The translations under genes were made by a program, and so were the position numbers. Below are positions 8,955-18,582 of a stretch of 64,000 nucleotides of DNA, piece after piece. The DNA is from an uncultured Acidobacteriota bacterium (GTDB taxonomy: Bacteria > Acidobacteriota > Terriglobia > Terriglobales > Acidobacteriaceae): contig CAWIPV010000008.1 of NCBI GenBank assembly GCA_963838135.1, positions 693,464 to 757,463 on the forward strand, given 5' to 3'. Within the stretch, counting starts at the first letter, position 1. The number at the start of each line of letters is the position of its first letter. Below the pieces are notes generated by a model. It was not told the DNA's origin, did not search any database, and saw nothing but the letters and a program-made list of their open reading frames with translations.

Positions 8955-9989
8955 TCAGTTGCCGATGTACTTCGCATACAGGCTGCGGGCGACACCGACA
9001 TCGGTTGTCCCCTTCACGATTGCGCGCCCATCCGGAAATACCGTCAGATCAAAATTCTCAATCTGCGCTCTCAGCGCAAACTCGTTGGCTCTCACCGCAC
9101 CCACGGATTCAAGACGGATTGCCAATTCTTTCAAGTCCAGATGGCGCGCCCGGTCATGGATCTGCACCGCGTTTCGCCCGCACAAGCTGATCGGCGCCCG
9201 CTGTTTTCCCGTCAGATAGCTGAACTCCCTGCGTCCGCACGCGGGACAGTCCGGGTTGGCTTTTGGTTGCGATGCCTGATGGATTTCGCCCGCCCAAATA
9301 TCAACGATGGTGACTTTTCCCGACAATTGGTCCTGATGCCCACTCAGAATGATGAGTGCATCCGCCACCTGCAGCGCCGCAATCGTGGCCGTAATCGGAC
9401 CCAGCACGCCGGCGGTTTCGCAGGTCGCCTGCGCACCGCTGGGCGGCACCGGCAACATGCATCGCAAGCAGCACGTCACGCCCGGCACAATCGCCATCTT
9501 CATTCCGTAGCTGCCCACCGCTCCGCCGTAGATCCAAGGCACCCCATGGCTGAGGGCAAAGTCATTGATCAGGTATCGCGTTTCGAAGTTGTCGGTTCCA
9601 TCCATCACTAGTTGCACGTCGCCGAGCAGGTCATCGGCAGTCGTCGCGGTCAGATCGCTGACCGCCGGCTCGACCACGATCGACGAGTTGACTTCCTTCA
9701 GGCGCTTAGCCGCAGCCTCGGCTTTCGGCAGGGCATCCTCGGCGTCCTTCTCGTCGAACAACATCTGGCGCTGCAGGTTGCTCCACTCGACGTAGTCGCG
9801 ATCGATCACGCGGATAAATCCCACTCCCGCCCGTGCCAGCAACTCCGCTTGTGCGCTGCCCAGAGCGCCGCATCCCACAATCGCAATCCGGGATTGCGAG
9901 AGACGGCTCTGCCCTTCCGCGCCAATTCCGCCAAAACGGATCTGACGCGAGTAGCGGTCGCCATCGGATGGAGCCACAACTTTATTCAT
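8955..9989 (-). CDS. moeB: ThiF/MoeB-family adenylyltransferase (E1-like)
   Basis: RYSRQI...IVGCGALG nucleotide-binding motif and CxxC pairs (CCLRC, CPAC). ATG 9989 is preferred over the ORF-track start at 10079. Confidence 0.8.
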   Translation of the reverse strand: MNKVVAPSDGDRYSRQIRFGGIGAEGQSRLSQSRIAIVGCGALGSAQAELLARAGVGFIRVIDRDYVEWSNLQRQMLFDEKDAEDALPKAEAAAKRLKEVNSSIVVEPAVSDLTATTADDLLGDVQLVMDGTDNFETRYLINDFALSHGVPWIYGGAVGSYGMKMAIVPGVTCCLRCMLPVPPSGAQATCETAGVLGPITATIAALQVADALIILSGHQDQLSGKVTIVDIWAGEIHQASQPKANPDCPACGRREFSYLTGKQRAPISLCGRNAVQIHDRARHLDLKELAIRLESVGAVRANEFALRAQIENFDLTVFPDGRAIVKGTTDVGVARSLYAKYIGN

Positions 9990-10171
9990 CACTTTTCCTT
10001 GTAGGCCATCAGTGGCCTCGCTCCGCAACACTGCGCTCCCTGCCAGTATATTCGCAAAGCTCAACAGGCGCACCTGCACTCAAAGCGGCCAGCCGCAAAC
10101 CATATTTGCATCGCACTTACCACGAATTGCACGCTATCCTGATGCTGGCTTGCAATGTGGGTTCCGGAAAT

Positions 10172-11437
10172 ATGCCGCAACATACGCTTCGAGATATTCG
10201 ACAGGAAGGCTTTGCTGACCGCGTCCCAGTAGAGGAGGCGATCCAGTGGATCGATCGCCATTCCCCTTGCGGTTCAACGCTCGATGACTCCGAACCGCTC
10301 CTCCTCGAAGATGCTGTTGGCCGCATTCTCGCCCAGCCTTTTGTCGCTCCCGCCGATAAGCCGCCGGTCGACACAGCCGTTGAAAATGGTTACGCCTTAC
10401 GCTCGGCCGAAACCGTCGGCGCAGGCGGCTACAATCCTCTGCCCTTTCACATCCGGGCAGGCAACCAAGCCCTGGACCTGCTTTCCACTACTCTCATCTC
10501 TTCCGGTACACCCCTCCCGCCCGGCGCGGATGCAGTTGCTCCCTTCGACCTCGTGCGCGTTGCAAGCGATATCGCCGAGTTGATTGGAAGCGTTGCGCAA
10601 GGAACAGGCGTAAACCTTCAAGGCCACGAGATACGAAACGCCACCACGCTGATTGAACCCTCCCGGCCGCTGCGGCCCTCCGACCTCGGATTGATCGCAG
10701 GATTTGGCATCGCGCAGGTGCGCGTCCTCCGGCGTCCCCTGGTGCGAATCATCCTGGCCGGATGTAAGCCATCCCAAGCAAACGCTCCCGGCGCAAATGG
10801 TCCCGATTCAAATCGATTCATGCTGCGCGCTCTGGTCGCTCGCGATGGCGGCGTGATCGAGCTATGTGAATACGGAATCGCCGAACGCGACGCCCTTGCC
10901 GGCCTCATCGCGCGTCCCGGAGCGGATGTCGTCCTGGTCTGTGGCCGTACCGGTACGGGACCCGACGACGTGGCGCCACTGGCCTTAGCCGACGCCGGTA
11001 CTCTCTCCATTCACGGCATTGCCCTGCGCCCCGCAGCCTCGACCGGCATGGGTTCGGCCGGAGATGTTCCAGTGATCCTGTTACCGGGCAACCCCTTGGC
11101 CTGTCTGTGCGCCTACGATCTGTTTGCCGGACGCCTGATCCGGAGGCTCGGCGGGCGCTCCCCGCACTTGCCCTATCCTGTTCGCCGTGCCATCGTCGGA
11201 CGTAAGATTGTCTCGTCCATCGGCGACCTCGAACTTTGCCGGGTGCGCTGGATCCCCGGAACTGCCGGGAAAGCTGCCGGGGAAGCGATTCCGCTCAACT
11301 CGGCCGATTCCGGCGGACTCGCGTCCGTTGCCCGTGCCGACGGCTTCATTTTGGTTCCCGCTGCCCTTGAGGGATATGCGCCCGGAACTTCCATCGATGT
11401 GTATCTGTATGACGGGCCGGAGAGCGTAGAAGCATGA
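10172..11437 (+). CDS. MoeA-family molybdopterin metal-transferase paralog (second copy)
   Basis: MoeA-like N-terminus (ENGYALRS), central MoCF-binding region and LPGNPLA motif. ATG 10172 is preferred because the upstream part of the ORF overlaps moeB on the opposite strand. Confidence 0.7.
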   Translation: MPQHTLRDIRQEGFADRVPVEEAIQWIDRHSPCGSTLDDSEPLLLEDAVGRILAQPFVAPADKPPVDTAVENGYALRSAETVGAGGYNPLPFHIRAGNQALDLLSTTLISSGTPLPPGADAVAPFDLVRVASDIAELIGSVAQGTGVNLQGHEIRNATTLIEPSRPLRPSDLGLIAGFGIAQVRVLRRPLVRIILAGCKPSQANAPGANGPDSNRFMLRALVARDGGVIELCEYGIAERDALAGLIARPGADVVLVCGRTGTGPDDVAPLALADAGTLSIHGIALRPAASTGMGSAGDVPVILLPGNPLACLCAYDLFAGRLIRRLGGRSPHLPYPVRRAIVGRKIVSSIGDLELCRVRWIPGTAGKAAGEAIPLNSADSGGLASVARADGFILVPAALEGYAPGTSIDVYLYDGPESVEA

Positions 11438-13410
11438 CAGTCCATCACTCCAACTCGGCTCTGCTTAACGCGGCGAAGCAACATCAATTCCTCGAAGTCA
11501 TTGATCGCGATGAGGCCGAGGCGCGCTTCCGTCAACATCTCAAGCTATCGCCGATCGGAGAAGAATGCGTCCCCGTGGCAAAGTCCCTGGGACGTGTTTT
11601 ATCGCGTGACATCGTCTCCCAAGTCGATGTGCCGGGCTTCGATCGATCGCGGGTCGATGGTTTCGCGGTGCGCTCGGCCGACACCGCCAATGCCTCCGAC
11701 GAAGCACCGCGCACCTTGAGATTGAATTCTGAAATTCTCACTCCCGGCGTAACTCCCGCCACCGATGTTACAGAGGGTTCGGCGACCATCGTAGCCACCG
11801 GCGGCATGATCCCGCGCGGCGCCGACGCCGTCATCATGGTCGAGTACACCGAGGCGTGCGAGCAACTTGGCCAGATAGTAGTGGATGTCCATAAATCCGT
11901 CTCCTCCGGCGCATTCATCGCCGCCGCCGGTGGCGACATCGCACAGGGAGAAACCGTTCTCCGGGCGGGGCAGCTTTTAACCTCCCGTGAGATCGGATGT
12001 CTGGCGGCAATTGGCCTCGGCGAAGTGCATGTCTGGCGCAAGCCAACCGTGGCCATCTTTTCCACCGGCGACGAACTCGTCGTCCCCGGAGAACCACGCC
12101 GTCTCGGCGGCGTTTACGACTCCAACAGCGCGATCTTTACCGCCGCCGTCGAAGAGGCTGGAGGCACTCCCGTACCCTTGGGCATCGCCCGCGATAACGA
12201 GAACGAAATCTCCATCCTCCTGCAACGGGCCTTGCAGTGCGACATCGTGCTGCTCTCCGGCGGAACCTCCAAAGGCGCTGGCGATCTCGCCTACCATGTC
12301 GTCAGCAAACTCGATCGTCCCGGCATCGTTGTCCACGGAGTTGCGCTCAAGCCCGGCAAGCCCCTCTGCCTCGCCGTCCGCGATGGCAAGCCCGTCGTCA
12401 TCCTCCCCGGCTTTCCCACCTCGGCCATCTTCACCTTCCATGAGTTTGTAGCCCCCGTGATCCGAGCCTTTGCCGGACTTCCGCCGGAACGTCCCGAAAC
12501 CGTGAGCTCGATTCTCCCCGCGCGCGTCACCTCTGACCGTGGGCGCACCGAATACGTCATGGTCTCTCTGGTCCGCGCTCTGGACGGAAATCTCGTGGCC
12601 TATCCGACAAACAAAGGATCGGGGTCCGTCACAGCCTTCAGCCAAGCCGATGGCTTCTTTGCCATCGGATCGCAGTCCGAAACCGTTCCGGCGGGCACAA
12701 AAGTTGATGTCACTCTGATCGGCGCCCATCACAAACTGGCCGACCTCGTCATCATCGGAAGCCACTGCGTGGGCCTCGACCTACTGATCGGACGAGTCAT
12801 CGGCGAAGGTTTCTCGGTCCGAAGTCTCAACGTCGGCAGCAGCGGAGGCCTCAGCGCGGCCCAGCGCGGCGAGTGTGATCTCGCCGGCATTCATCTGATG
12901 GACCCCTTGACTGGCGAATACAACCGTCCTTTCCTCACCCCTGATCTGGAACTTGTTTCCGGCTACATGCGGCAGCAAGGAATTGTCTTTCGCCCCGGAG
13001 ATCCCCGTTTTGAAGGGCTGACGGCAGAGCAAGCCGCAGCAGCCGCAGCCGTGGACCCTGGGTGCCTGTTCATCAACCGCAACCCAGGAAGCGGCACGCG
13101 TATCCTCATCGACCAGCTCTTGAAAGCCGCACAGCCATCGGGGTACGCCAATCAGGCAAAGACGCACACCGCCGTGGCCGTAGCCGTCGCCCAGGCCCGC
13201 GCCGACTGGGGAGTGGCCATCCGCACCGTTGCCCGGCAATACGAACTTGGCTTCCTGCCGCTGCAGGCAGAGCACTATGACTTCGTAATCCCCAAGAGCC
13301 GTTCTCTGCGCCCCCCGGTGCTTCGCTTCATTTCTCTGCTTCGCGACCCGGCGCTTCGCGCAGCTCTCCTCCAACTCGGCTTCGAGTTGGAGGATGTCAC
13401 CGCAATTTAA
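11434..13410 (+). CDS. MoeA fused to a C-terminal periplasmic-binding-protein-like (oxyanion-binding) domain (third MoeA)
   Basis: 658 aa. MoeA core (VDGFAVRS, STGDELV, LPGFPTSA) followed by about 230 aa of PBP-like domain. It overlaps the upstream gene by 4 bp. Confidence 0.8.
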   Translation: MTVHHSNSALLNAAKQHQFLEVIDRDEAEARFRQHLKLSPIGEECVPVAKSLGRVLSRDIVSQVDVPGFDRSRVDGFAVRSADTANASDEAPRTLRLNSEILTPGVTPATDVTEGSATIVATGGMIPRGADAVIMVEYTEACEQLGQIVVDVHKSVSSGAFIAAAGGDIAQGETVLRAGQLLTSREIGCLAAIGLGEVHVWRKPTVAIFSTGDELVVPGEPRRLGGVYDSNSAIFTAAVEEAGGTPVPLGIARDNENEISILLQRALQCDIVLLSGGTSKGAGDLAYHVVSKLDRPGIVVHGVALKPGKPLCLAVRDGKPVVILPGFPTSAIFTFHEFVAPVIRAFAGLPPERPETVSSILPARVTSDRGRTEYVMVSLVRALDGNLVAYPTNKGSGSVTAFSQADGFFAIGSQSETVPAGTKVDVTLIGAHHKLADLVIIGSHCVGLDLLIGRVIGEGFSVRSLNVGSSGGLSAAQRGECDLAGIHLMDPLTGEYNRPFLTPDLELVSGYMRQQGIVFRPGDPRFEGLTAEQAAAAAAVDPGCLFINRNPGSGTRILIDQLLKAAQPSGYANQAKTHTAVAVAVAQARADWGVAIRTVARQYELGFLPLQAEHYDFVIPKSRSLRPPVLRFISLLRDPALRAALLQLGFELEDVTAI

Positions 13411-13490
13411 CGCAGTTCGTTCGCCACATCAGCAACGTCGAGTCGTCGTATTCGTGTTCAGCTCTATTTCGGAGTGACGCAATTTTGGAA

Positions 13491-13496
13491 TATAAT
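13491..13496 (+). promoter_or_regulatory. Candidate -10 box upstream of aor
   Basis: Perfect TATAAT 112 nt upstream of the aor start. The -35 is weak (TTCGGA at 17 nt spacing). Confidence 0.25.
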
Positions 13497-13607
13497 GGCC
13501 TTACTGTGGGGGAACAAAGAGGCGAATCCAGAGCACGACGCGTCTGAATGTGGGGCTTGCCTGTCTCTTTGTTCGCAGATACCTGATAGAGAGCGAGAGC
13601 GAACGAA

Positions 13608-15338
13608 ATGAAGAAGATACTTCGAATCAACATGTCGGATCTCACCGCCAAAATAGAAGAAGTACCGGCGGCCTACGCTGGAATCGGCGGTCGCGCTCTT
13701 ACCTCGACAGTCGTTGCCGCTGAAGTACCGCCCACGTGTCACCCCTTGGGCCCGAGCAATAAGCTGGTGTTTGCCCCCGGTCTCCTCACCGGAACCATGG
13801 CGGCGAACTCCGGACGCTTCTCTTGCGGCGCCAAGAGTCCGCTGACCGGCGGAATCAAGGAATGCAGCGCTGGCGGCACCTCCGGACGGCTAATCGCAAA
13901 CTTCAATTATGCCGCGATCATCGTCGAGGGCCAGCCCAGAGAAGACAAGTGGTACAAGATACACATCACCAATGATGGGGCGTCCATCGCCGAAGAATCC
14001 GAACTGATCGGCATGTGGAATTTCAATCTCATCAAAGCTCTTGAGGAACGCGTTGGCAAGAAGGCCGGCCTCATTATGTGCGGACCCGCCGGCGAGATGA
14101 AGATGAGCATCTCCAACATCTCGGTCAAGGACTCGGATGGCCATATTCGCAGCTTCGGCCGTGGCGGCTTGGGCGCGGTAATGGGATCGAAAAAGATCAA
14201 GTTCATCACCGTCGCCGACGATGGCGGCTCCAAACCCGAGATCGCCGAGCCTGAGAAGTTCAAGGCGGCCGCTAAGATCTTCGCCAAAGCGCTGCTCGAT
14301 CACCCCGTCAGCGGACAGGGTCTGCCGACTTACGGCACCGCTGTCCTGGTCAACATCCTGAATGAAGCCGGTGGGCTGCCGACCAAAAACTTCACGCAAG
14401 GACAATTCGAAGGACACGACAAGTTCTCGGGCGAAACCTTGCACGATACCATCGTAGCCCGTGGCGGCAAGCCGAAACATGGCTGTACCGCCGGATGCGT
14501 CATTCAGTGCTCGCAGGTGTACAACGACGAAAAGGGCGACTACGTGACCTCCGGCTTCGAGTACGAAACCATCTGGGGTCTGGGCGCGGACTGCTGCATT
14601 GACAATCTGGATGACATCGCTCTAACCGACCACATGATGGACGATCTCGGCGTGGACTCCATCGAAACACCTGTAATGTTTGCCGTGGCCATGGAAGCCG
14701 GCATCCTGCCTTTTGGTGATGGCAAGGGCCTACTCAACATCCTGAGGGACGAGATCGGTAAGGGTACGTCGCTTGGCCGCCTCCTTGGCGGCGGAACGGC
14801 CGCGGTGGGCAAAGCCTACGGCATGGCTCGGGTACCGGTAGTCAAGGGCCAGGCCATCCCCGCCTACGATCCGCGTTCGGTCAAGGGCATCGGCATCACT
14901 TACGCAACCACCACCATGGGTGCCGACCATACCGCCGGCTACACCATCGCAACCAACATCCTCAATGTCGGCGGACACCTCGACCCCTTGAAGAAGGAGG
15001 GCCAGGTTGAGCTGTCACGCAACTTGCAGATCGCAACTGCGGCGATTGATTCCACCGGCATGTGCATCTTCATCGCCTTCCCGGCGCTGGACATTCCAGA
15101 GTGCCTCCAGGCCCTGATCGACATGATCGGTGCCCGCTACGGAATCCCCCTGACCGGCGACGATGTGGTTGCGCTGGGTAAGCGCATCCTGAAGACCGAG
15201 CACCAGTTCAATCTCGCTGCTGGTATGAATGAGAACGATGATCGCCTGCCTGAATTCTTCAACCTCGAGCCGGTCGCCCCTCACATGGCAACTTGGGATT
15301 TCAGCCCCAAGGAGATCGACGAGTTCTGGAATTTCTAG
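13608..15338 (+). CDS. aor: Aldehyde:ferredoxin oxidoreductase-family tungstopterin enzyme
   Basis: 576 aa with an AOR N-terminal domain (GGRALTS...NKLVFAPGLLTG...SCGAKSPLTGG) and conserved C-terminal AOR domains. Confidence 0.9.
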   Translation: MKKILRINMSDLTAKIEEVPAAYAGIGGRALTSTVVAAEVPPTCHPLGPSNKLVFAPGLLTGTMAANSGRFSCGAKSPLTGGIKECSAGGTSGRLIANFNYAAIIVEGQPREDKWYKIHITNDGASIAEESELIGMWNFNLIKALEERVGKKAGLIMCGPAGEMKMSISNISVKDSDGHIRSFGRGGLGAVMGSKKIKFITVADDGGSKPEIAEPEKFKAAAKIFAKALLDHPVSGQGLPTYGTAVLVNILNEAGGLPTKNFTQGQFEGHDKFSGETLHDTIVARGGKPKHGCTAGCVIQCSQVYNDEKGDYVTSGFEYETIWGLGADCCIDNLDDIALTDHMMDDLGVDSIETPVMFAVAMEAGILPFGDGKGLLNILRDEIGKGTSLGRLLGGGTAAVGKAYGMARVPVVKGQAIPAYDPRSVKGIGITYATTTMGADHTAGYTIATNILNVGGHLDPLKKEGQVELSRNLQIATAAIDSTGMCIFIAFPALDIPECLQALIDMIGARYGIPLTGDDVVALGKRILKTEHQFNLAAGMNENDDRLPEFFNLEPVAPHMATWDFSPKEIDEFWNF

Positions 15339-15423
15339 GTGATTGCTTCGGCTGGCGTGGACTTTTCCCCTCCGCGCCAGCAACTTAACTGCGCCGGTAT
15401 GCTCCTAGCCGGATGAGATCTCT

Positions 15424-15648
15424 ATGAAGATTAACGTAAAGCTCTTCGCTAACTTTCGCACAGGCCGCTTTACTGCCGACACGCGGGATTACCCGGCCGG
15501 CACCACCGTTGTCGATATCGTCCGCTCACTGCAAATCCCAGAATCGGAAATCGGCATCATTATGGTGGACAATAAGCACGGAGAGGCTCAAGATCAGCTT
15601 CGAGAGGGAGCCAACCTTTCTCTCTTCCCGCTGGTCGGAGGAGGCTAG
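15424..15648 (+). CDS. moaD: MoaD/ThiS-family ubiquitin-like sulfur carrier
   Basis: 74 aa ending in LVGGG (C-terminal Gly-Gly), in a Moco/Wco gene context. Confidence 0.7.
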   Translation: MKINVKLFANFRTGRFTADTRDYPAGTTVVDIVRSLQIPESEIGIIMVDNKHGEAQDQLREGANLSLFPLVGGG

Positions 15649-15791
15649 CATCTAGTATTCTGAGAGAGATCGAGGTCAGGCTATCGAAAGATAGGCTCGG
15701 ATTGTGAAGCAACGCACAGCTTCCATCACTCCCGGAGTCTAACCTCAGCCTTATTCGCCACGTGCATAACCACGTTTTTGGAGGTTTCAAA

Positions 15792-15998
15792 ATGTTTGAA
15801 GGACTCATGCAGCCGATGCACCTGATCGTGATTCTAGCAATTTGCCTGCTCATTTTTGGACCGAGCAAATTGTCGGAGCTCGGCAAAGGGTTGGGCCAGG
15901 GAATCAAGAACTTCAAGGACGCCGTCAATGACAATTCCGGTAAAGATACCGGAACCAAAGACGCCGGAGTTAAGAAAGACGGCCAGCCCGTAGCGTAG
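15792..15998 (+). CDS. tatA: Twin-arginine translocase subunit TatA/E
   Basis: MFEGLMQPMHLIVILAICLLIFGPSKLSELGKGLGQGIKNFK. GGAGG lies 8 nt upstream of ATG 15792. Confidence 0.85.
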   Translation: MFEGLMQPMHLIVILAICLLIFGPSKLSELGKGLGQGIKNFKDAVNDNSGKDTGTKDAGVKKDGQPVA

Positions 15999-16001
15999 AA
16001 G

Positions 16002-16649
16002 TCAGATCAGATCTCGATATTGTTCGAGCGCAATCCGGACCAGTTGGCTGCGCGTGCGAACCCCTGTTTTGTGGAACAACTGCTGTAGCGTGGCTTTTAC
16101 GGAACTCTCAGACACCTGCAGGCGGTCGGCGATCTGTTTATTGGCTAATCCCTCAAAAACGCCGACAAGCACCTGCTGCTCACGCTTCGTAAGTGCGCGC
16201 GTGCGTGGCGACTCGTCCTCAGCTGCCGCACGGGCGGCAATCTTGCTCAGATAGCCGCTTTCGAACCAAACCTTTCCGGCGAGCACCTCTCGAATCGCGT
16301 CGACCAGCACTGCGGGAGGGTTGTGCTTGAGGAAGATGCCTGAAATGCCGCGCTTTATCAGATTAGCGGCACTGCTCTCGTCCATCCCAGCGGTTACCAG
16401 CAGAACCCGCCCCCGGTAGCCGATGCTGGCGGCAACGTTCATAAAGTCGACGCCGTCACGCTCCCCAAGATCGAAATCAAGCAGCACCAGATCGACCTGT
16501 TCGGCGAGCAGGAGTTTCTTTGCCTCGTCGATGGTAGCGCAACCGCCCACGACCCTGAAGTCTGATTCACTATCAAGAAAGCGGGCCACGCTCTCACGAA
16601 ACAGAGCGTGATCATCCACCAGCAGGATCGTTGCCAGGCGATCAGGCAT
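16002..16649 (-). CDS. NarL/FixJ-type response regulator (REC + LuxR HTH)
   Basis: ILLVDDH, LVLLDFDL acceptor region, and C-terminal LTKREQQVL...NKQIADRLQVSESSVK. Confidence 0.85.
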   Translation of the reverse strand: MPDRLATILLVDDHALFRESVARFLDSESDFRVVGGCATIDEAKKLLLAEQVDLVLLDFDLGERDGVDFMNVAASIGYRGRVLLVTAGMDESSAANLIKRGISGIFLKHNPPAVLVDAIREVLAGKVWFESGYLSKIAARAAAEDESPRTRALTKREQQVLVGVFEGLANKQIADRLQVSESSVKATLQQLFHKTGVRTRSQLVRIALEQYRDLI

Positions 16650-16787
16650 TCGCAGCCTCCCCGGCTCGACTCACTCTTTCCAGCACCGCTGAGAATTCCA
16701 TATGGAAACGATACTCTACCGGCTCTAAATTGTGAGCACCAGAGCCAAAATCCGATTCAGCAATTCGCCGTGCATGGTTGCAATCCA

Positions 16788-18176
16788 TCAGAGGTTTTTT
16801 ACTTCGTGCGCAAGCCCGGTGAGAGAGGCTTTCGCGTCTCCGTAAAGCATGCTGGTACCCGGCTTGCAGAACAGAGGGTTTTCCAGGCCGGAGAAGCCGC
16901 GCCCCTGCCCGCGCTTGAGAACGATCACTGACTTCGCCTTGTCCACCTCAAGGATGGGCATCCCGGCGATTGGACTGGTGGAGTTGTCGCGCGCGTCCGG
17001 ATTGACCACGTCATTGGCGCCCACGATAACCGCGACATCGGTCGAGGGGAACTCAGGATTGATCTGATCCATCTCGTAGAGGTCGCCGTAGGGAACATTC
17101 GCCTCGGCCAGCAACACGTTCATGTGTCCGGGCATACGTCCCGCCACCGGGTGGATGCCGTACTTCACCGTGACCCCGCGTTCTTCCAGCGCGTTGGCCA
17201 GGTCGCGCACCGCCTGCTGCGCCTGGGCCAGGGCCAGACCGTAGCCGGGTACGAAGACAACCTTGTTGGCATAGGCGAGCCGAACTGCCGCGTCGTTCAG
17301 CGAAATCTCGCGCATCTCACCGTCGGCGCCTGCACCGGCGGTGTAGCGCACCTCGCCAAAGCCGCCAAACAATACATTGGTGATCGAGCGGTTCATCGCC
17401 TTGCACATCAGGATCGACAGAATCATGCCCGAAAACCCATCCAGCGTGCCGGCGATAATCAGCACATTGTTGCCAAGCACAAAGCCGGTCGCCGCCGAGG
17501 CCAGCCCGGCATAGCTGTTCAACAGCGACATTACCACCGGCATGTCGGCCGAGCCGATCGGGATGACCAGCATCACTCCAAACAGAAATCCCAGCCCCGT
17601 CATAGCGTAGAAGACCAGCGAGGCTGAAGGATGGGCAACCGAGTAGAGAAAGCAGCCGGCCATTCCGCCGAAGAGCAACAGGTTCACAACCTGCTGCCCC
17701 TTGAACTGGACTGGCGTGCCGCGAACCACTCCCTGCAGTTTGCCCGCCGCAATCAGCGAGCCAGTCGTAGTCAGCGTGCCGAGCATCACCTCAAACCCCA
17801 GCGCGCCACGGATAAACAGTGGCATCCCTGCTCCGCCGTGCAGCATGTACTCAGCGATGCCGACCAGTGCGGCGGCAATTGCGCCTAAGGCGTGCGACAG
17901 CGCGGTTCGTTGCGGCATCGCCGTCATCGGAACCCAGATGGCCATCAGTGCGCCGATGATGGAACCGATCACCAACCCGGCCGCAATCCATGCGTAGGTG
18001 ATGATGCCGTAATGGAAGAGCGTGCCGATGATGGCGGCAAGCATTCCGGCCTCGGCCATGAACATGCCGCGCCGCGCGCTTTCCGGATGGCTCAAACCCT
18101 TCAGGCCAAAGATGAAGAGACCGGAGGCGATAAGGTAGGTGAATTCAAGTAAGTAATTGACGCCACCCGGCTCCAT
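16788..18176 (-). CDS. pntB: NAD(P) transhydrogenase subunit beta
   Basis: Polytopic N-terminus plus C-terminal NADP(H) domain (GYGLALAQAQ...HPVAGRMPGHMNVLLAEA). ATG 18176 overlaps the pntAB stop. Confidence 0.9.
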   Translation of the reverse strand: MEPGGVNYLLEFTYLIASGLFIFGLKGLSHPESARRGMFMAEAGMLAAIIGTLFHYGIITYAWIAAGLVIGSIIGALMAIWVPMTAMPQRTALSHALGAIAAALVGIAEYMLHGGAGMPLFIRGALGFEVMLGTLTTTGSLIAAGKLQGVVRGTPVQFKGQQVVNLLLFGGMAGCFLYSVAHPSASLVFYAMTGLGFLFGVMLVIPIGSADMPVVMSLLNSYAGLASAATGFVLGNNVLIIAGTLDGFSGMILSILMCKAMNRSITNVLFGGFGEVRYTAGAGADGEMREISLNDAAVRLAYANKVVFVPGYGLALAQAQQAVRDLANALEERGVTVKYGIHPVAGRMPGHMNVLLAEANVPYGDLYEMDQINPEFPSTDVAVIVGANDVVNPDARDNSTSPIAGMPILEVDKAKSVIVLKRGQGRGFSGLENPLFCKPGTSMLYGDAKASLTGLAHEVKNL

Positions 18177-18550
18177 TACTTGCTGCCTTTCTTCGCGCCC
18201 TTGCTCTTCCCACCTTCCCGTTGCTGGAACAGCTTCAACATCCGGTCGGTGATCCCGAAGCCGCCGACTACGTTCGTCGTGGCGCAAACCACGGCGATGA
18301 AGCCGAGCAGTGTTGCCAGCGAAGGCTTGGCTGCCGCTCCGCCACTGGCCAGTGCGTGCAAGTCAACCTTATGCATCCCTGCGATGACCAGCGAACCGAT
18401 CAGCGAGATACCTGAAATAGCATTGGTCGCCGACATCAGCGGCGTGTGCAGAAGCGGCGGAACCCGCGAAATTACCTGGTACCCCAGAAATGCCGCCAGC
18501 ACGAAAACATACAGTGATGCGATCAGAACCGCGGGATTGATGGACTGCAT
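18176..18550 (-). CDS. pntAB: NAD(P) transhydrogenase subunit alpha, part 2 (membrane)
   Basis: 124 aa with three or four TM helices, located between pntAA and pntB. Confidence 0.85.
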   Translation of the reverse strand: MQSINPAVLIASLYVFVLAAFLGYQVISRVPPLLHTPLMSATNAISGISLIGSLVIAGMHKVDLHALASGGAAAKPSLATLLGFIAVVCATTNVVGGFGITDRMLKLFQQREGGKSKGAKKGSK

Positions 18551-18582
18551 CCGCTTCTCCTAGTCATTACCTGACGGCGCGT

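Noticed and set aside
9990-10171. A Moco/Wco riboswitch in the divergent moeB/moeA intergenic region (and also in 13411-13607).
   Set aside because: The length would fit and there is a small hairpin (aggcca-tcag-tggcct). I could not recognise the conserved Moco-motif core from memory, so a covariance-model scan (Rfam Moco RNA motif) is needed.
13411-13607. A sigma-54 (-24 GG / -12 GC) promoter upstream of aor, expected because of the AcoR-like activator.
   Set aside because: The only TGG...GC candidates (TGGAATATAATGGCC and TGGGGCTTGCC) have the wrong spacing by my count. Only a TATAAT box is seen.
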